Shown: piece after piece, positions 48,401 to 62,000 of the stretch
How the letters are laid out: each line of letters starts with the position of its first letter
How positions within the stretch are numbered: the stretch's first letter is position 1
NCBI GenBank assembly: GCA_003427395.1
Contig: BFEA01000011.1
Span: 3,100,363 to 3,164,362 of the forward strand
Direction of reading: 5' to 3'
DNA length: 64,000 bases
Origin: Chara braunii
Taxonomy: Eukaryota; Plantae; Charophyceae
Program-made: the position numbers and the translations under genes
Notes under the pieces: model-generated
What the model saw: only the letters and a program-made list of their open reading frames with translations
What the model was told of the DNA's origin: nothing
The model's database searches: none

Positions 48401-49525
48401 GAGAATGGTCCACCACTCCCGAACCTTAAAAAATAAATGCGGGATTGTTGCTCATCGTGCCGTCAAAATCAGTATCACGATTGTCCGGCAGCACCACCAC
48501 CTGCTCGTACATCACAATGACAAATCATTGTGCTGCAAAATCTTGGCGGCACTTCCCCTCAAAAATAGTGTCGTCGACACGCCCAAAATTTTGCAGCGTG
48601 ACCCCATTGAGAATGCTGCAATTGTCGTGCCGCCAATCGAACAACACCTCATACAAACACAAACAAAAACATGAAAAAAAGTCGATGTCGCGTGATAAAT
48701 CCGACAGCACCTCCCTTCAAAACGTTGTTGATGCCAAAGAACTTGTGCAACATAATCCCCCTCCAACATTGTCGCCGTTGCAGCGCTGCCAAGCGGACAT
48801 AGAAAATCAAGTGTCACGCGGCCAAACGGACAGCACCTCCTCGACGCATGTCATTTGCCTCCCGATCTAACTCCAACGCAGCCTATCGGCCACAACACCA
48901 GGGTGGGGCAATAAGCTCCTCACCTCTAGCTATGATTACCCTTCTCTCTCTCTCTACTTCCCTGCAGACCTCCACCTGCAGCACCACCCCTCACAGTGTG
49001 ATGGAGCTCGACTTGCACTTGAAGTGAAAGTGAGCAGCATCATAGCCTCAACAACTTCGAGGTAAGTGTGAGAGTTGTTGGCTTTTATAACCGGCTAAAG
49101 GACTGTGGGCAGCAACTTGCCCCACAGTAAAAAATTTGGAACCGGTCAGGGCCCTTTATCTGAACTCATGATCAAAGGTCACAAACCATGATGTTCCCCT
49201 AGGGGAACCAAGGTCTGCCAATTCCAGAAGCATCTATTTTTTTTCTCAGGCCACATGCTTTAGGAAATGGTTGTACCCAGCCAAATGCTGCAGCCTGTTC
49301 AAAAACCGAATAGGCGCAGCCACATTCACTCACACACATTTACACACTCACCTAATCACTACCGCGGCCATGTATGTGGCCGTTTTTTTTTTTTCTTCTT
49401 TTTTTTTCTTTTATTTTTCTTCTTATTTTTCTTTTCTTTTTCTTCTTTTTTTTTCTTTCATTACCCCTCGTTCCCCTGAGGGGGGGAAGGGCCCGTTCGT
49501 TTCAAACGAATGGCTTCCCCACTTA

Positions 49526-49572
49526 AAGTCATTTCACAGAGTCGAACAAGAGTCAAGCTCAACAGGGTGTTC
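49526..49572 (-). rRNA. Short diverged 25S/28S rRNA fragment (pseudogenic)
   Basis: Minus strand accctgttgagcttgactcttgttcgactctgtgaaatgactt vs the conserved LSU sequence ACCCTGTTGAGCTTGACTCTAGTCCGACTTTGTGAAATGACTT. Confidence 0.7.
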
Positions 49573-50033
49573 CTCACCTTCCCTCCTACGTTCGCATGTA
49601 CCTAACGCCAACAGATTCAGGTNCGGGCACGTTGTTGACAGTTGCAGCCCGTTTCAAAAGCGAACGAGCGCTGCAGTCCAACGCCACGACGAGGGGGGGG
49701 GGGGGGGGGGGGNCAAAANNAAAAAAAAANAAAAAAAAANNTTAAAAAAAAAAANAAAATTATATCTAATAATGAAAAATAAAAATGTTTTCTAAGGTTC
49801 CCCGTAGAAACAGGCGCCCGTTACAACCCTTGGCGATTGTCAGTCCACATCACCCATATAAACGTCGTGTGGCGCTTCAACTTAGGCCCTTTTTTTATTT
49901 TTCTTACAGCAACCGGTTCATTGGAACGAACGGACGTGAATCTAAAAAGAAAATTTTAAAAACAAAATTTTAAAACAATCTAAAGGCAAAATCTAAAACA
50001 AAAACAAAGTGGCAGCCCGTAAATACGGGTGTC

Positions 50034-53000
50034 TGTAGAGGTTGTTTTCCTCTGCTCGTTCTACCTGCCAGCTAGCTGCCAGCTGGCGGGTCATTTCATA
50101 GTTTTTTCTTTAGTTTTTTTTTCCTTTCACTTTTCTCATTGGCCAAAGTCAACGGACAGGTCATGTCTCGTGGCTTTTCATCCAGGAACTGTTAAAATAT
50201 AGACTCGAGCTTGATCCTCATTGGGGATCGAAAACAAATTGTGGACCGTTTCTCGATTTATGCGTGTAATCCTTACGCAGATGCTATACTTGTTTGTTCG
50301 CGGTCGATTTCGTCCGCGCGATCCAGAAGATTGCGTGGTCAAAATTAACCACGCCATTTAATTCTGATCGGTTTTTTTTCCAGAGAAGGAGCTAGCCCAA
50401 TTTGAAGCCTTTCAGGTGTGATTCTAGTGTCTGCTGGGTGAGAGTTCGATACCGCTCCTACTTCGGATGAAGTAGGGCCGATCTTCTCATTGAAGAGCTC
50501 TACCACAGTGGGTAGCCCGTCCCGGGGTTTGGCAAGGCCTTGCTGCCTTACCCCTTCTCACGGCTCGCTACCTTGCCTACCACTTGGACAGTAGCCTAAC
50601 CCGACAAGTTAAGTGTCGGCATCCCAATCTCTGATACGGAATCAAACCCTGCGGTCCTACATATCCGAGACCTATTAAGAATAATAAAATTAGGCAGCTT
50701 ATTTTTCCTGCGTCATGGATGCAAACGCAACGTGGACATTATTTTTAGTTGCTTAAGCCTTGAATCACTCGGCTCGTCCTTATTTTAGGTAAGATAGGTA
50801 TAGCTTTAGCATTCCCACGACCATGTGCCTCTGCGGACCTGTGGGAAGAGGTCGGTCACACCGCTGGTTACCGCCAATACTCTCGGACGGTACAAGCATC
50901 CGGACTACCGGTAAGGTTCATAAACGTTTTAGTCTCTCAGTCATAAGTATGGTCAGAACGACTTTTAAGCAAGCGCGTCGTTTTCTCATCATGTCTCGCA
51001 ATTCAACGAAAAGTTCGGACAACGTTCGACATTGAAAAGCATGAGCAGATACCTTTGTAAGGGTTTTTGCTCCGATAACATAATTTCACAAGAGTTGTAG
51101 CGGTAGTTTGTCCATTTGTTGAACATGACCGTTTGTCTTAAGGTGAATAACTTTTTAGCAAGAGTCTACAATAGTTCACTGCAAATTTGCATATCTCTAT
51201 CACTTACTAATAAGTATTATAGTTTTAGACAACCAAAATGTTTTAACCCAGTGATTGACAAACACTGTAACAACTAATTTTGCTTACGTAGTCGAAGACC
51301 GCAGTATAAAACGTGCAAATTTTGAAAATCATCAACAATTACAAAAAATGATATCCCTTTTTTGTTGGAAAAAAAAAATCTATAAAACCTATGGCCAGAA
51401 ACTGGCCACGTATATCAAGAATAAGAAGTGCCTTGATTAAACCACCAGTACTTTCGGAATGCACAACTCATTGACGGTCAAACAAAAGAAAAAGTCACAA
51501 GAGTTTCACTTGAACGATTTATATGAGCGTCCCATGCTCTTTCATCCTAACACATCGCGTTTTTTTTTCGGCCACCACTTATGAAGTACTCGTGGTTTAA
51601 GCTAAAGGGAGCTTATGTACAAGGCTTGTGTCTTTGGCACACCTGCCAACTCTCGACATTGACCGTGTCTCTCATACCAGGTCACCAACAACGTCGGAAC
51701 AAATTAGCATAGATCTTTTAAAACCTGAATGAGCCTATTGCATCATGACATGTCCCTAAAAAGAGGCCTCTTAATAACTCACTATTAGATACGCAAAACT
51801 CCTCACATACCTTTCTATCTTGTGCAACGAGTTATGAGATGATTCTCTTTAAGATAATACCTTCTTTGTAAGAACCTACCACCTGCTAATGTATATGCCC
51901 TCCTAGTTCAAACACAGTAGCCAACTACCCCAGGAAGTGTGTCATTTTCAACCGTGTACCATCTACCACGTTGTACTGCCCTTTCACATGCTTAAGTGTA
52001 AATTTATATCTTTAAATGCACATTTTGTGTGGATAGCGTCTTAATCCATTGGAGTGTCTCATGGTCATATCTAACTTTAAAATATCTATTATGCAGATGC
52101 ATTGGTGGGCAAGTGCGTACAACTCTCTTCGCTGGTCAGACTTGCGAGCTTCTAACATAATATATTTTTGGACGTATTCGATCAGTCCCAACTTCTTCCT
52201 ATCAAATTGTTGTAATATTATACCTATCCCACATTAAGTATCATTAATAAATAGCGATAAAGTATTGCATAGGGGAAGACTTCAATTTTTTGAAAGTTCA
52301 TTCACACTAATTACTCTGATCCCATGGGGTGTCAAATTAAGTAAGATCAATTAAGGGGGTAGCTATACTACCATATTTTTTCTTAGATGACCCACATCCC
52401 CAATAATGATCTGACCTCAATCACTAACTGAGGTCATGACCAGTCCCTAATCACCGCTATAATTACATATTTCGGCCTCTGACCTTCCTGAGAGAGTTCA
52501 TGCGCTAAGTACAGGGTTTTAATGTTGTTGAACTCGCTCTTCTCTATGTTAATCTTCTGCTTGTATTTTTGAAGGAGAGATGGAACAATGTCTATATGCC
52601 ATGCATGTTTCCTTACAAACATACTAGAGATGAGAATATAGTCTAAAATTATCTCTAAATCAACAATTATAAACATTATCTAAATTATCATGAAACACTC
52701 TATTCATAGCATGTTGGAACGTCCCGACACATTACATACAGGTCATACGTGGTATGAAATGTTGACTTGTATTGATCATCGAGTCTTATTTGTAATTGAT
52801 GATACCTAGACGTCAAATTTATTTACTAAAGTATCTATATCCCTTAACTTCATCCAATAGGTTATCTAATCGAGGTACGGGTTCTTCATTACGGAATGCG
52901 GTCGTAGTGAGGCCCCTATAATCAGTAGACATCCTCAATGTACCTTCGATCCTAGTCACAAAGAAAACCGGGGCGCCATAATGTAAATTACTTGGCCTAA

Positions 53001-54435
53001 TTCATCCTCTCACATTCAATTCCTTTAGTTGCTTATGGATCTCATACAACCAACTTGGTTGAAAACATCCTATATATTATGCTTTTAGGGTTTTTACTCT
53101 CTGGGATAATTTTCATGGTATCCACAATCTCCCTATTCACAAGTCCATTGGATTCCTCATACAGGTCTGAAAACTAGGTAATGACTTGTGTTATCTTTGG
53201 AGGGATCTCTATGCCCCTTTGGAGACACCAACATTAAGAACATACAACAACAATTTTTTTTCACCAAAATGGACATTTTTTTGTCTTTTTTTTTTTTTGG
53301 AACGAATTTGAAATCAAGTAAATTTGCTCGATTGAGGCCGAAATTTTTAGCTTTTGAGGGTACATCGTTCTTAAAACATCCTACCCGCCAGATGTATTTG
53401 GACTTAGTTGGAGTCCAAGGGGTACGACATTTTAAGAAAACCGTATCCTCTGGATGTATTTTGACGTAGCAAGAGTCCAGGGGGTAGGGCGTTTTAAGAA
53501 CGTCATACCCTCAAAAGCTAAAAATTCCGACGTCGATCGGGCCAATTTAGTCGATTCAATTTCGTTCAAATATTAAAAATGTCCATTTTGACGAAATCGT
53601 TGTTATACCTCCACTTTTATTGTACCTATAGTAATTGTAAAACACACTAGCATATGAGCACCGATGAGAATCTTCCATCTTATAAAGTGGATACTTTTTC
53701 AAAAGAACAGTCTTTCCGTTAGGGATCTTGTTATCATAGCATTTAAGTTTAACTCAAATTGAGCTTTTGCAAATTTCCAAAAAAAACAAAGGATCGTCGA
53801 TAAAATAAATCAACAGCGGGCGGCCTCCAAAAGGGGCCCTTGACCGATGGTTGGCATATATTGGTGGTTTAATGCTGTCTTTTACAACTAAGGACCGTTT
53901 TTTGGCTAACATAGACGCTACAGGTCTGATTAGTTGTTGCACCTGATCCCCTAAGCGCAACCTCTCAACACAATCATAATTAATATAATTGCAGGTAAAA
54001 CCGACCGCCACTAACCCTGCTTTCAACCCCCCTACATCGACTTCCACAACAATGAACTCACCCTTAGAACCCTTTGTCATTGTTACGTAAGAAGCCAGAG
54101 CCTTTCTGTGAAAGTTCTACTTCTAGCTCTTGTAAGGATTCAGTTGTGTCACAAGAACAGAACATCCTGGTCATACAATAACAGAGCGGTAACATCAATG
54201 TCGGTAGCCATCGCCAACACATTTTGAGAAGTTGAGGGAGTGTCTAGCCTGGCCACCCACTTCTTCTTTAGGCAGCACTTTCTTTATGTGCCTTGCGTCA
54301 TCGCATTTCATATACTTGCCCGTGTAATATCGGTCTTCGCAAACACTTTTCTCAAGCCCTTCCCATACCCATCCTGGTAATCTAGGGATCCTAGGTTTTC
54401 TTGACCTGGGCTGACCCTTTTGAGGGTCCATTCCT
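50034..54435 (-). mobile_element. Decayed Ty3/Gypsy LTR retrotransposon (gag knuckle, protease, RT, RNase H, integrase order)
   Basis: Minus strand: gag-knuckle-like YMKCDDARH (~54300), protease-like VEVDVGG..CNYI (53754..54080), RT IRPS..YGAPVFFV..GTLRMSTDYRGL (~52910-53000), integrase FSKFARFI..FVNHWVKTF (~51240-51330). Possible LTR about 50034-50505 is tentative. Confidence 0.8.
53243..53607. mobile_element. Foldback element with ~150-bp imperfect arms, inserted in the Gypsy pol
   Basis: caaaatggacattttt...tttttagcttttgagggta mirrored by taccctcaaaagctaaaaa...aaaaatgtccattttg. Confidence 0.7.
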
Positions 54436-54537
54436 CAGCCTTCCAAGCAGCAGTGTTAACTCCCCACCAATAGATGGAGCCTGCCTGGGGGTGCTAGCGG
54501 TGGCTGTTTATACCAGCACCTCTAGCATCACCCGGAA

Positions 54538-54575
<38 letters not shown>

Positions 54576-54633
54576 GTTACCTTCCTCTAGAGCAACCCCC
54601 TCGCTGCTTTCTGACTGCTTTTTGTTGTTCAGC

Positions 54634-54927
54634 TAGGCTACCAGATGGGCCGCCCGGGTCCCCGGTGGCCGGCCCGTGCAAGGACCAGGGAAGGCCCCAG
54701 CAAAAAAAAAAAAAAAAAAAAAAAAATCCTAAAAATCCCAAAACAAAGTTTAACAAACTATGTTATGCAGAAAAATAAACTGAACAACTTTTGCCTCAGG
54801 GTCACATCGAAATTCTTCACCAAATTTAGAATACAAAATAAATTTTAAAAATATTTATTTTATTTTTATTATTTTAATTTTTTTTGGCCCGCCCGGGCAA
54901 GTGACCCCGGGCCACTCTGGTAGCCTA
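54634..54927. mobile_element. MITE family B copy
   Basis: ctaggctaccag...ctggtagcctag; shares the tatgttatgcagaaaaataaactgaacaa core with the 25087 copy. Confidence 0.8.
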
Positions 54928-56371
54928 GTTGTGCAGTTGAAAGCCGAAATACTATCCTCTATATCTAAGGCCTCTTTGCTAAGGGAGGTGAAAGTATTTC
55001 ACTGAATAGTGGCCTGTTTGTCTAGCCGTCCCTTGATGTTCTTAGGGAGGGCTCTCAAGGAGCTAGCCAATAAGATTTCCAAACCATATCGGACTCCTAG
55101 CACCTTGATAAGCTCCTCTACTTTCTCGCCATGGCCTGACCATCTTTATACGTACAAGTCTCGAACACCTTGAGCTCGTCTGTTGCTTGTAACACTTGTG
55201 TCCGTTTGTGGAATCGTTTCTCAGCCAACTACATAACCTAATCCAGTGTGACATGCTTGGCCCATGCTGCCAAGTCACACCCGAAGCCATCTCCCGCAAA
55301 CTTGGGCATCTAACCAGGCAGCTACAGGGCCTTGCAGAAACGAGGAACCGATTATAACTTCCCTATCAACAGGTGTATCTTTATGAGCAAAGAGACAGAC
55401 CTCCACCATGCATCCAGGTTGTCGTCTTTGTTGTCACCTGTAAACATGACAAGTTGGACCAATGACGTCTTGACAAAAGTCAACGGCGGTGATGGTCGTA
55501 CAGGTGTTGGAGACTCCGCAAGTGCCGAAACTGGTGGCGGCCCTGTAGCAATGGACATAGGAAACGAAGAAGGCTGCACAGAGACCTGGAATGGGAGATT
55601 GGGGGAGGTAGAGTGGGAGGGAGGACAAACAGCTGATCGCAATGGCCAAGATGACCAAGATATTCAAGTGAAGCTGCAAAGGAATTATCGATTGGTTTTC
55701 AAAGATTGGACTACTGCCAATCCTTTAATTCCCTTGGGACCTCTGACGGACTTCCCGGATCTCTGTCCTCCGAACCATCCTTGTTTAGTCCCCAGATGGT
55801 CATGGCTATGATTGAATGAGGGTAATGAGTGTTAGATATTAACCTGGTTAACCTGGTTAATCTCAGGCTAGATGGTAAAGGGGGGGCCAGTGCTAGGGTG
55901 TCATGCCTTTCTGGCGCCTGCACAAGGTGAAGAGGCACACGCAGTCCCCCACCCCAAATTGTTTCCTAGGATTGGGATGGATCAATGAATTGGAAGGCCT
56001 CATAGGGGACACTGGGCCCGGTTCCCAGCATGTGCTGATGTATCAACTTATCATTGTATCTCAAGGGACACTGCGCCCGCTTTCCAGCAGGTGCTGCTCC
56101 CCACCAATAGACTGGAGCCCCCAGCAAGATAGATGGGAGTGCATGCTTGTATCATCACTCCTATCTGTTGTTGCAGGGTTTTTCAAAAAAAAAAAAAAAA
56201 AAAAAAAAAAAAGACCTGGAATGCACCTAAACCACTGCCAAACCGGGGAATAGACGGCTAAGACACGGGCGGTAAGCTGCTTGGCTGTACACGTGCCTGG
56301 GGTCCCATTAGAGGTCTGGCAATGTAGATTGTCGTACAGTGAACTTCTTTCCCTTCTGTCAATGGTGCAAA

Positions 56372-56577
56372 CATGGCGGTCATACCATCTAAGGGCGAGA
56401 TCCCACTGGCAAAGAGGATAGTAGTAAGTGTCTGAATGTGGACGTGTTTGCCGACAGGTGCGAAAAATTGTGATTGATCTACTTTTCTGGACCTCTGCCT
56501 GGAACACGGTCCAGATTCAGAGTCTTCTTCCAATCCTCTTTGCCAGTGGGATCTGGCCCTAAGTATGGTTGGCCATG
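56372..56577. mobile_element. Small TIR element
   Basis: agatcccactggcaaagaggat / atcctctttgccagtgggatct perfect 22-bp inverted core within longer imperfect arms. Confidence 0.65.
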
Positions 56578-57490
56578 GGGTTAGCGGCCGGATGAAACGC
56601 AGCGTAGGGTCGCTGCGCCAAGTTTTTCATGATGTACTCGACGAAGTTTCATGTTATTCTTAAGGACCAATCGGTCGCGTTTTGGGAACTTGGGATGAGC
56701 TCTGTGTTTCTTCTTTTCCTCTCCTTTGTCCTGCTTTGTCTCTCTCTCCCCGTTCCCTATTATCTTTTACTTCTGTTGTTTGACTGTTGATTTATTTTGC
56801 TTGGAAGGCTTGTCCATTTCCATGGGGTTGGAAAGAAATCCTACTGGAAGAATGGTCTCCAGATCAGACACTTGAATTTACTCAGAACCTGTTTACCCTG
56901 GGTAGGAGAGCGATCCTTTGGGCCATATGGCAAAGGAGATGCACTAACGAATGGGAGAGTGCTAGATTGGATGGTAATACTGAGTTTACTGAGAACATCA
57001 AGCAACAAATCCAAACACATATAGAGCATGGCCACACCACTCTTGGAATGTGCAAAAAGAGAATGAACTTCCCGCTAGAACATGGCCAGATTCAACCGCC
57101 ACATTTTTGTCTTTTTCACATTTAGAGAGTGGTGTGGCGATGCCCATATCTTATACCAATGGGAAATAAATTCAAATAATTAAAGAAAAGATTCATTACA
57201 ACAGTCGATCCTCTGGTGACCAGAGGAATCAATGCTGGCAGGTTTCACAATCAGTCAACTTCTCTTGATCCAGCCTGTATCTATTCTGCAATGCATTCTG
57301 TAATTTGGGACGCTGGACCCGTTTTCCAGCAGGTGATGCTCCCCACCAATAGATGTAGCCTCCCCTCCGGGTGCTAGTGGTGTCTGGCCCTGTCAGCACC
57401 ACTAGCACAGCAGGGGTGTGTGTGTTTTGTTTAAAAAAAAAAAAAAAAAAAAGAATTCATTACAACACTTGCAAGAAAGATATATTCAAG

Positions 57491-57578
57491 NNNNNNNNNN
57501 NNNNNNNNNNNNNNNNNNNNNNNNNNNNNNNNNNNNNNNNNNNNNNNNNNNNNNNNNNNNNNNNNNNNNNNNNNNNNN
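57491..57578. other. Assembly gap (N)
   Basis: Run of N. Confidence 1.
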
Positions 57579-59039
57579 TGCAGAGTCTGGTTGGGGGGGG
57601 GAAGGGGGGAAGGGTAGGGAAGGTGGTGTGGAATGGTGAGTCGGGTGAGGAAGGGGAAAGGCTAAATAGGAATGACAAGTTGGAATTTAATGATTGGACT
57701 GAGATAGATCCCTTAATTCCCCTTCGCCGAATGGTGGATTTCCCCAACCCTTTCCCACCTCCTTCGAATTCTGTTGTTCCATTATCATGGTATGGCTTGG
57801 ATGAGTAGCAGGGCTAGTGGAATATGTTCATCTGGCACCCTGGCCTGAGTGAAGAGGTTCACTATTCATCTGCTATCTCCTCCTACCTCCTCAAGATTTT
57901 GTATTCAAATGGGACGTTGGACCCGGATTCCACCAGGGAGAGGAACAAGGGTTTAGGCCTTTAACGGTCTACTCCAAGAAAGGAGTGTATGTCACTGAAA
58001 ATACAGCACTGGTTTGGTCACAGAGATCTGGCGCCACTAAGAGGGGGGGTGAAGAGAGGGCTCCCCACTGTCCCCAGGAGTTTCTCTAACACTCAGGATG
58101 GAATTTCAGCTAGTCCATGCCACCAAAATAGAAATGGTACCAGTCCTTAATGGTTCTATCTGGCGCCCTTCTTTTGAGGGTGAAGAGGTACAGATGGCAA
58201 TGGATACTATATAGGCCTGCTCAGTCAATCCCCTGGGTCGTAGGGCAATCAATGCTGGCAGGCCCCACAGTCACTGTTCTCATTGTTCTCGGACATTCTC
58301 ATTTTCTGTATTAAAAAAAAACAAAAAAAAAACAAAGAGGTCGGCTATGGTGTTGACGCCATGTACATTGGTCTTCGAGAGTCGAAGTGAGCCTGTTGCG
58401 AGAATGCTGATGTAGGTAGGATAGTCTGGTAGTGTAGGCTGGGCGCTGGGCGCCAGACACAGAGGAGCGACTTTGGATACCGTGACTGTGTTGGTGTGGC
58501 CTGAGGGCTTGAGCATTGGCTCAATACTTCATTGTATTGCTCTAAAAAAAAAATAAAAAAATAAAAAAACATAGCATGGCATTTAATATGTGCATTGCCT
58601 CATCGACGCCCAATGCATTCTTGGAGAACAACTTCTGACTATCGCTGAGTTCACCCTCATCCAGTTCCTTTAACACTCTAGCAAGACTTTCCTTTCTAAA
58701 GCTTTCTTTTCTTCCTCTCCTATGACTTTAGCTCACTTTCCATTTTTACGCCAAGGACAACAATCCTCGCCAGTTCCTGATCCATCAGGCTAGGCTGTTG
58801 TGACTCGCTCATGTTTGGACCTGCACTTTGCCTTCCTTTAAATCCACTAGACAGACTCTGAACACCGGAATTTGAAGATAATAAGGAAGCTGGTCTTAGA
58901 TGGTTTTCTCATGCGGCGCTATTAGATCTACAACAGCTAAAGATTAAGGCTAATGTAGTATGGTCGGTCACGGAGGTTTCATCTTTCCTATGCTCTATTC
59001 TTCGCAATGGATTGCTCACCTCCTCGACTTCACTAGAAG

Positions 59040-62000
59040 GAGGAGGATGGGTGAGGTTGTAGATTAGTCATCTGCCATCGATTTGATAAAGGATGGAGGC
59101 AGTACATGCGTTGTATGGGAAAAATCCATCCAAACTAAGGGCAACGCAGACAGCGAATTTGGATTTAAGGTCACTAAATGTGAACGGTCTGGCCACAGCC
59201 GATGCAATCAAAAGAAGAGCGATCATAGAACAATTGCAAGGAGTTGGAGGAAGATCATGGCCGGATTTGATATGTATACAAGAGACTCATTTAACGGATT
59301 CTCCAGCTCACAATAGAGCACACAACCTTATATGGCCCCACCAGAGGTTCCAAGCCCATGCAACAAGTAATGGGTCAGCCGGGGTAGCCATATGGGTTCC
59401 TCCAGGCTCCAGGGCTGAAGTAATTCACTGGGAAGCAGATCAGGAAAACGGAAGATGGATTTCAACACTGGTAATACTGGAAATAGAAATAGTGTGCGTA
59501 TTTAATGTTTATGGTCCGAACGAGGTACAAGAACGCAAACAATTTTTTAATGACATTCGGAGTCATATTCTGAATGGTATCCCAATTATAATGGCTGGGG
59601 ACTTCAATGCGGCAACGGATAGATGGCTGGATAGATAGAAAATTCCATCACCATGTCCTGCCTATATAGAGGAGGATGAAATGATAATTCAACCAACTAT
59701 GTGAAGCCGAAAATCTATATGACACCTACCGTAGGTTTTTTCCACAAGAACTATTCACGTGTATCAGGAATACGGGTACCCTCAATCAATCTAGATCTAG
59801 AATAGACTTAATACTCATGTCAGAGGATCTAGATCATGCACTAGTAGGGGTAAATATCTTCCCTCAAAGTCCATGGCCAGGAGCAGATCACAAGATGTAT
59901 GTCATCCTACTTACCTTTAGGAAGAAACCGGATAGAGGAATAAACTTTTACAAACTCAACACCTCCCTCTTAAAAAAAATGGATTTAAAAAATTACATTC
60001 AGAATGTATGAAAATATTGGCAAACTATGAAAGATAGACACAAATCCTACATTTTCTAGTTCAACTGTGGATTATGCTTTTAGCAAAAAAATGCAACGAA
60101 TTTTTTAAAACAGTTGTTAAACAGAAACATGAACAAAAAATAGAGATTCATGAAAAAATACTTAAATATGAACAACAGGATCATTCAGAAACTATACAAC
60201 CATCAGAAGACATATAAGAACTAAAAAATCAATTGTTCACCTTAGCCCAAAATAGGTGGCAAGGTTACTTCATCAGGAGTAAATTATCCTGATACCAGTC
60301 AGAAGACCAAATGAACTCCTCTTTCTTTGCCCTTGCTAAAGCAAGGGTTAAAAGAACAAATATAAAAGCTCTGATTGACCCCAGGTTATCCCCACACCTC
60401 GACCAGTCTCATCGGCTAGTAGCCTAAAAGTAGCTTATGATTTTTTTTTAAATCTATATACATCCACGATTGATCCAGCCATAACAGACCAAGAAACAAG
60501 GAACTTCCTCGAACCTCTTACACAAAAATTAACTCCAAAACAAAAAGAAAAATTGGAAGTCCGAATGATTAAAGAAGAAATCTGGACTGCTCTACTGCAA
60601 ATGGATGAGGATAAAAACCCAAGGATAGATGACCTACCTAAGGAATTCTGGGAGTTAATGTGGGCAAATCTGGCAGAGGATCTCATGAAGTTCTACAAAC
60701 ACGTACAGGAATCGGGATATATGGGAGAGATTGTGGGTCAAGGAATTATAACCCTTTTATACAACAAGGGAGACAAGACAAACATAAGAAATTATAGACT
60801 GTGGTCTATAAAATGCTAGCTAAAGTCATAGCTAACAGATTTATTCCTGTAATGACTGACATCATTCATCCTTCTCAAACAGGGTTTATTCATGGGAGAA
60901 ATATACAGGATAACGTTTTGTTGATCAGTGAAACCATTAAGTTATCAAGACAGAATTAGAGTAATGCGGCCTTTGTATTTATAGATTTTGAAAAGGCTTA
61001 CGATCATGTAGACTGACGTTTTCTGGATGCATGTTTAACTAAGTTAGATTTTGGACCTAAAATGAAGAGATGAATCCAAATTTTGCACTCAAATGCCACT
61101 ACCAGGGTACACGTGAATGGTTGACTATTGCCTGAAATCCCCCTTCAGAGATCAGTTAGGCAGGGGGATCCCTTAGCTCCCTTCCTTTTTGTTATCATCA
61201 TGGAAGCATTAGGGGTAAACTTGAGAGAAAATCCTAACATTCAGCGGTGAAGAATAGTTAACCTTCCTAAGGAGGCAATTCCAGTTTATTCCATGTTTGC
61301 GGATGATTTGACAATCATGATGGAAGTCTCCGAAACTAATTTCGAGGAAATAAAGACAATAATGGATAAATTTTCAGCCTTATCAGATATGCTAGCCAAT
61401 TGGGGGAATAAAACACTGGGTTGGTGGATCCATTCACAAGGAGTCGTACCTCTAGAGCTCCCCAAAATTAAATGGATGCCGTTAGAAGCACCCATAAGGG
61501 TGCTAGGGATAATTCTCACATCACAAGGAAAGCCGAACTCTAATGATACATGAATTTCTTCACCGGCGCTGAAAAAAAATAAAGATTTGGAGGAAGAAGC
61601 ACACTTCAATATTTGGAAGAGTATTGATAATCAATAATGTGATGCTGACTTCGATTTGGTACAAATCATTGTTGTGACCCTTGAGTATGAAACCCACAAA
61701 GGACATACAAAGATAGCTTACAACCTTCCTTTGAAGAGGGGATCACGAGTTGCCACATGTAATTCCAAGAGTTGCTTGAGAAACTTCAATCCAGCCAAAG
61801 ACCAAAGGAGGGATTGGAATTATTGACCCAAAAACACAATGCCAGACTTTAACTCTTCAAGTAATCGAACGTTTAATTCTAAATACAGACATACCATGGC
61901 GGGATCTAGCACCGGAACAGGTTCATAGATTAACGCCTCAAACCACAAAGGAAATGCATCCCCTGACATGGGTTGAGGATAGATATTGGTTTATTCCTCG

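Larger units (their letters stand above)
54455..58570 (+). mobile_element. Array of 5'-truncated LINE 3' ends with poly(A) tails
   Basis: Tails at 54543-54572, 56184-56211, 57433-57452, 58313-58336 and ~58545-58570; shared gggacgctggacccgttttccagcaggtgctgctccccaccaatag motif; peptide NLFTLGRRAILWAIWQRR (56787..57125). Confidence 0.7.

Noticed and set aside
54505-54540. 5S rRNA-like ataccagcac
   Set aside because: Match of only ~10 nt; better explained as the LINE 3' stem-loop
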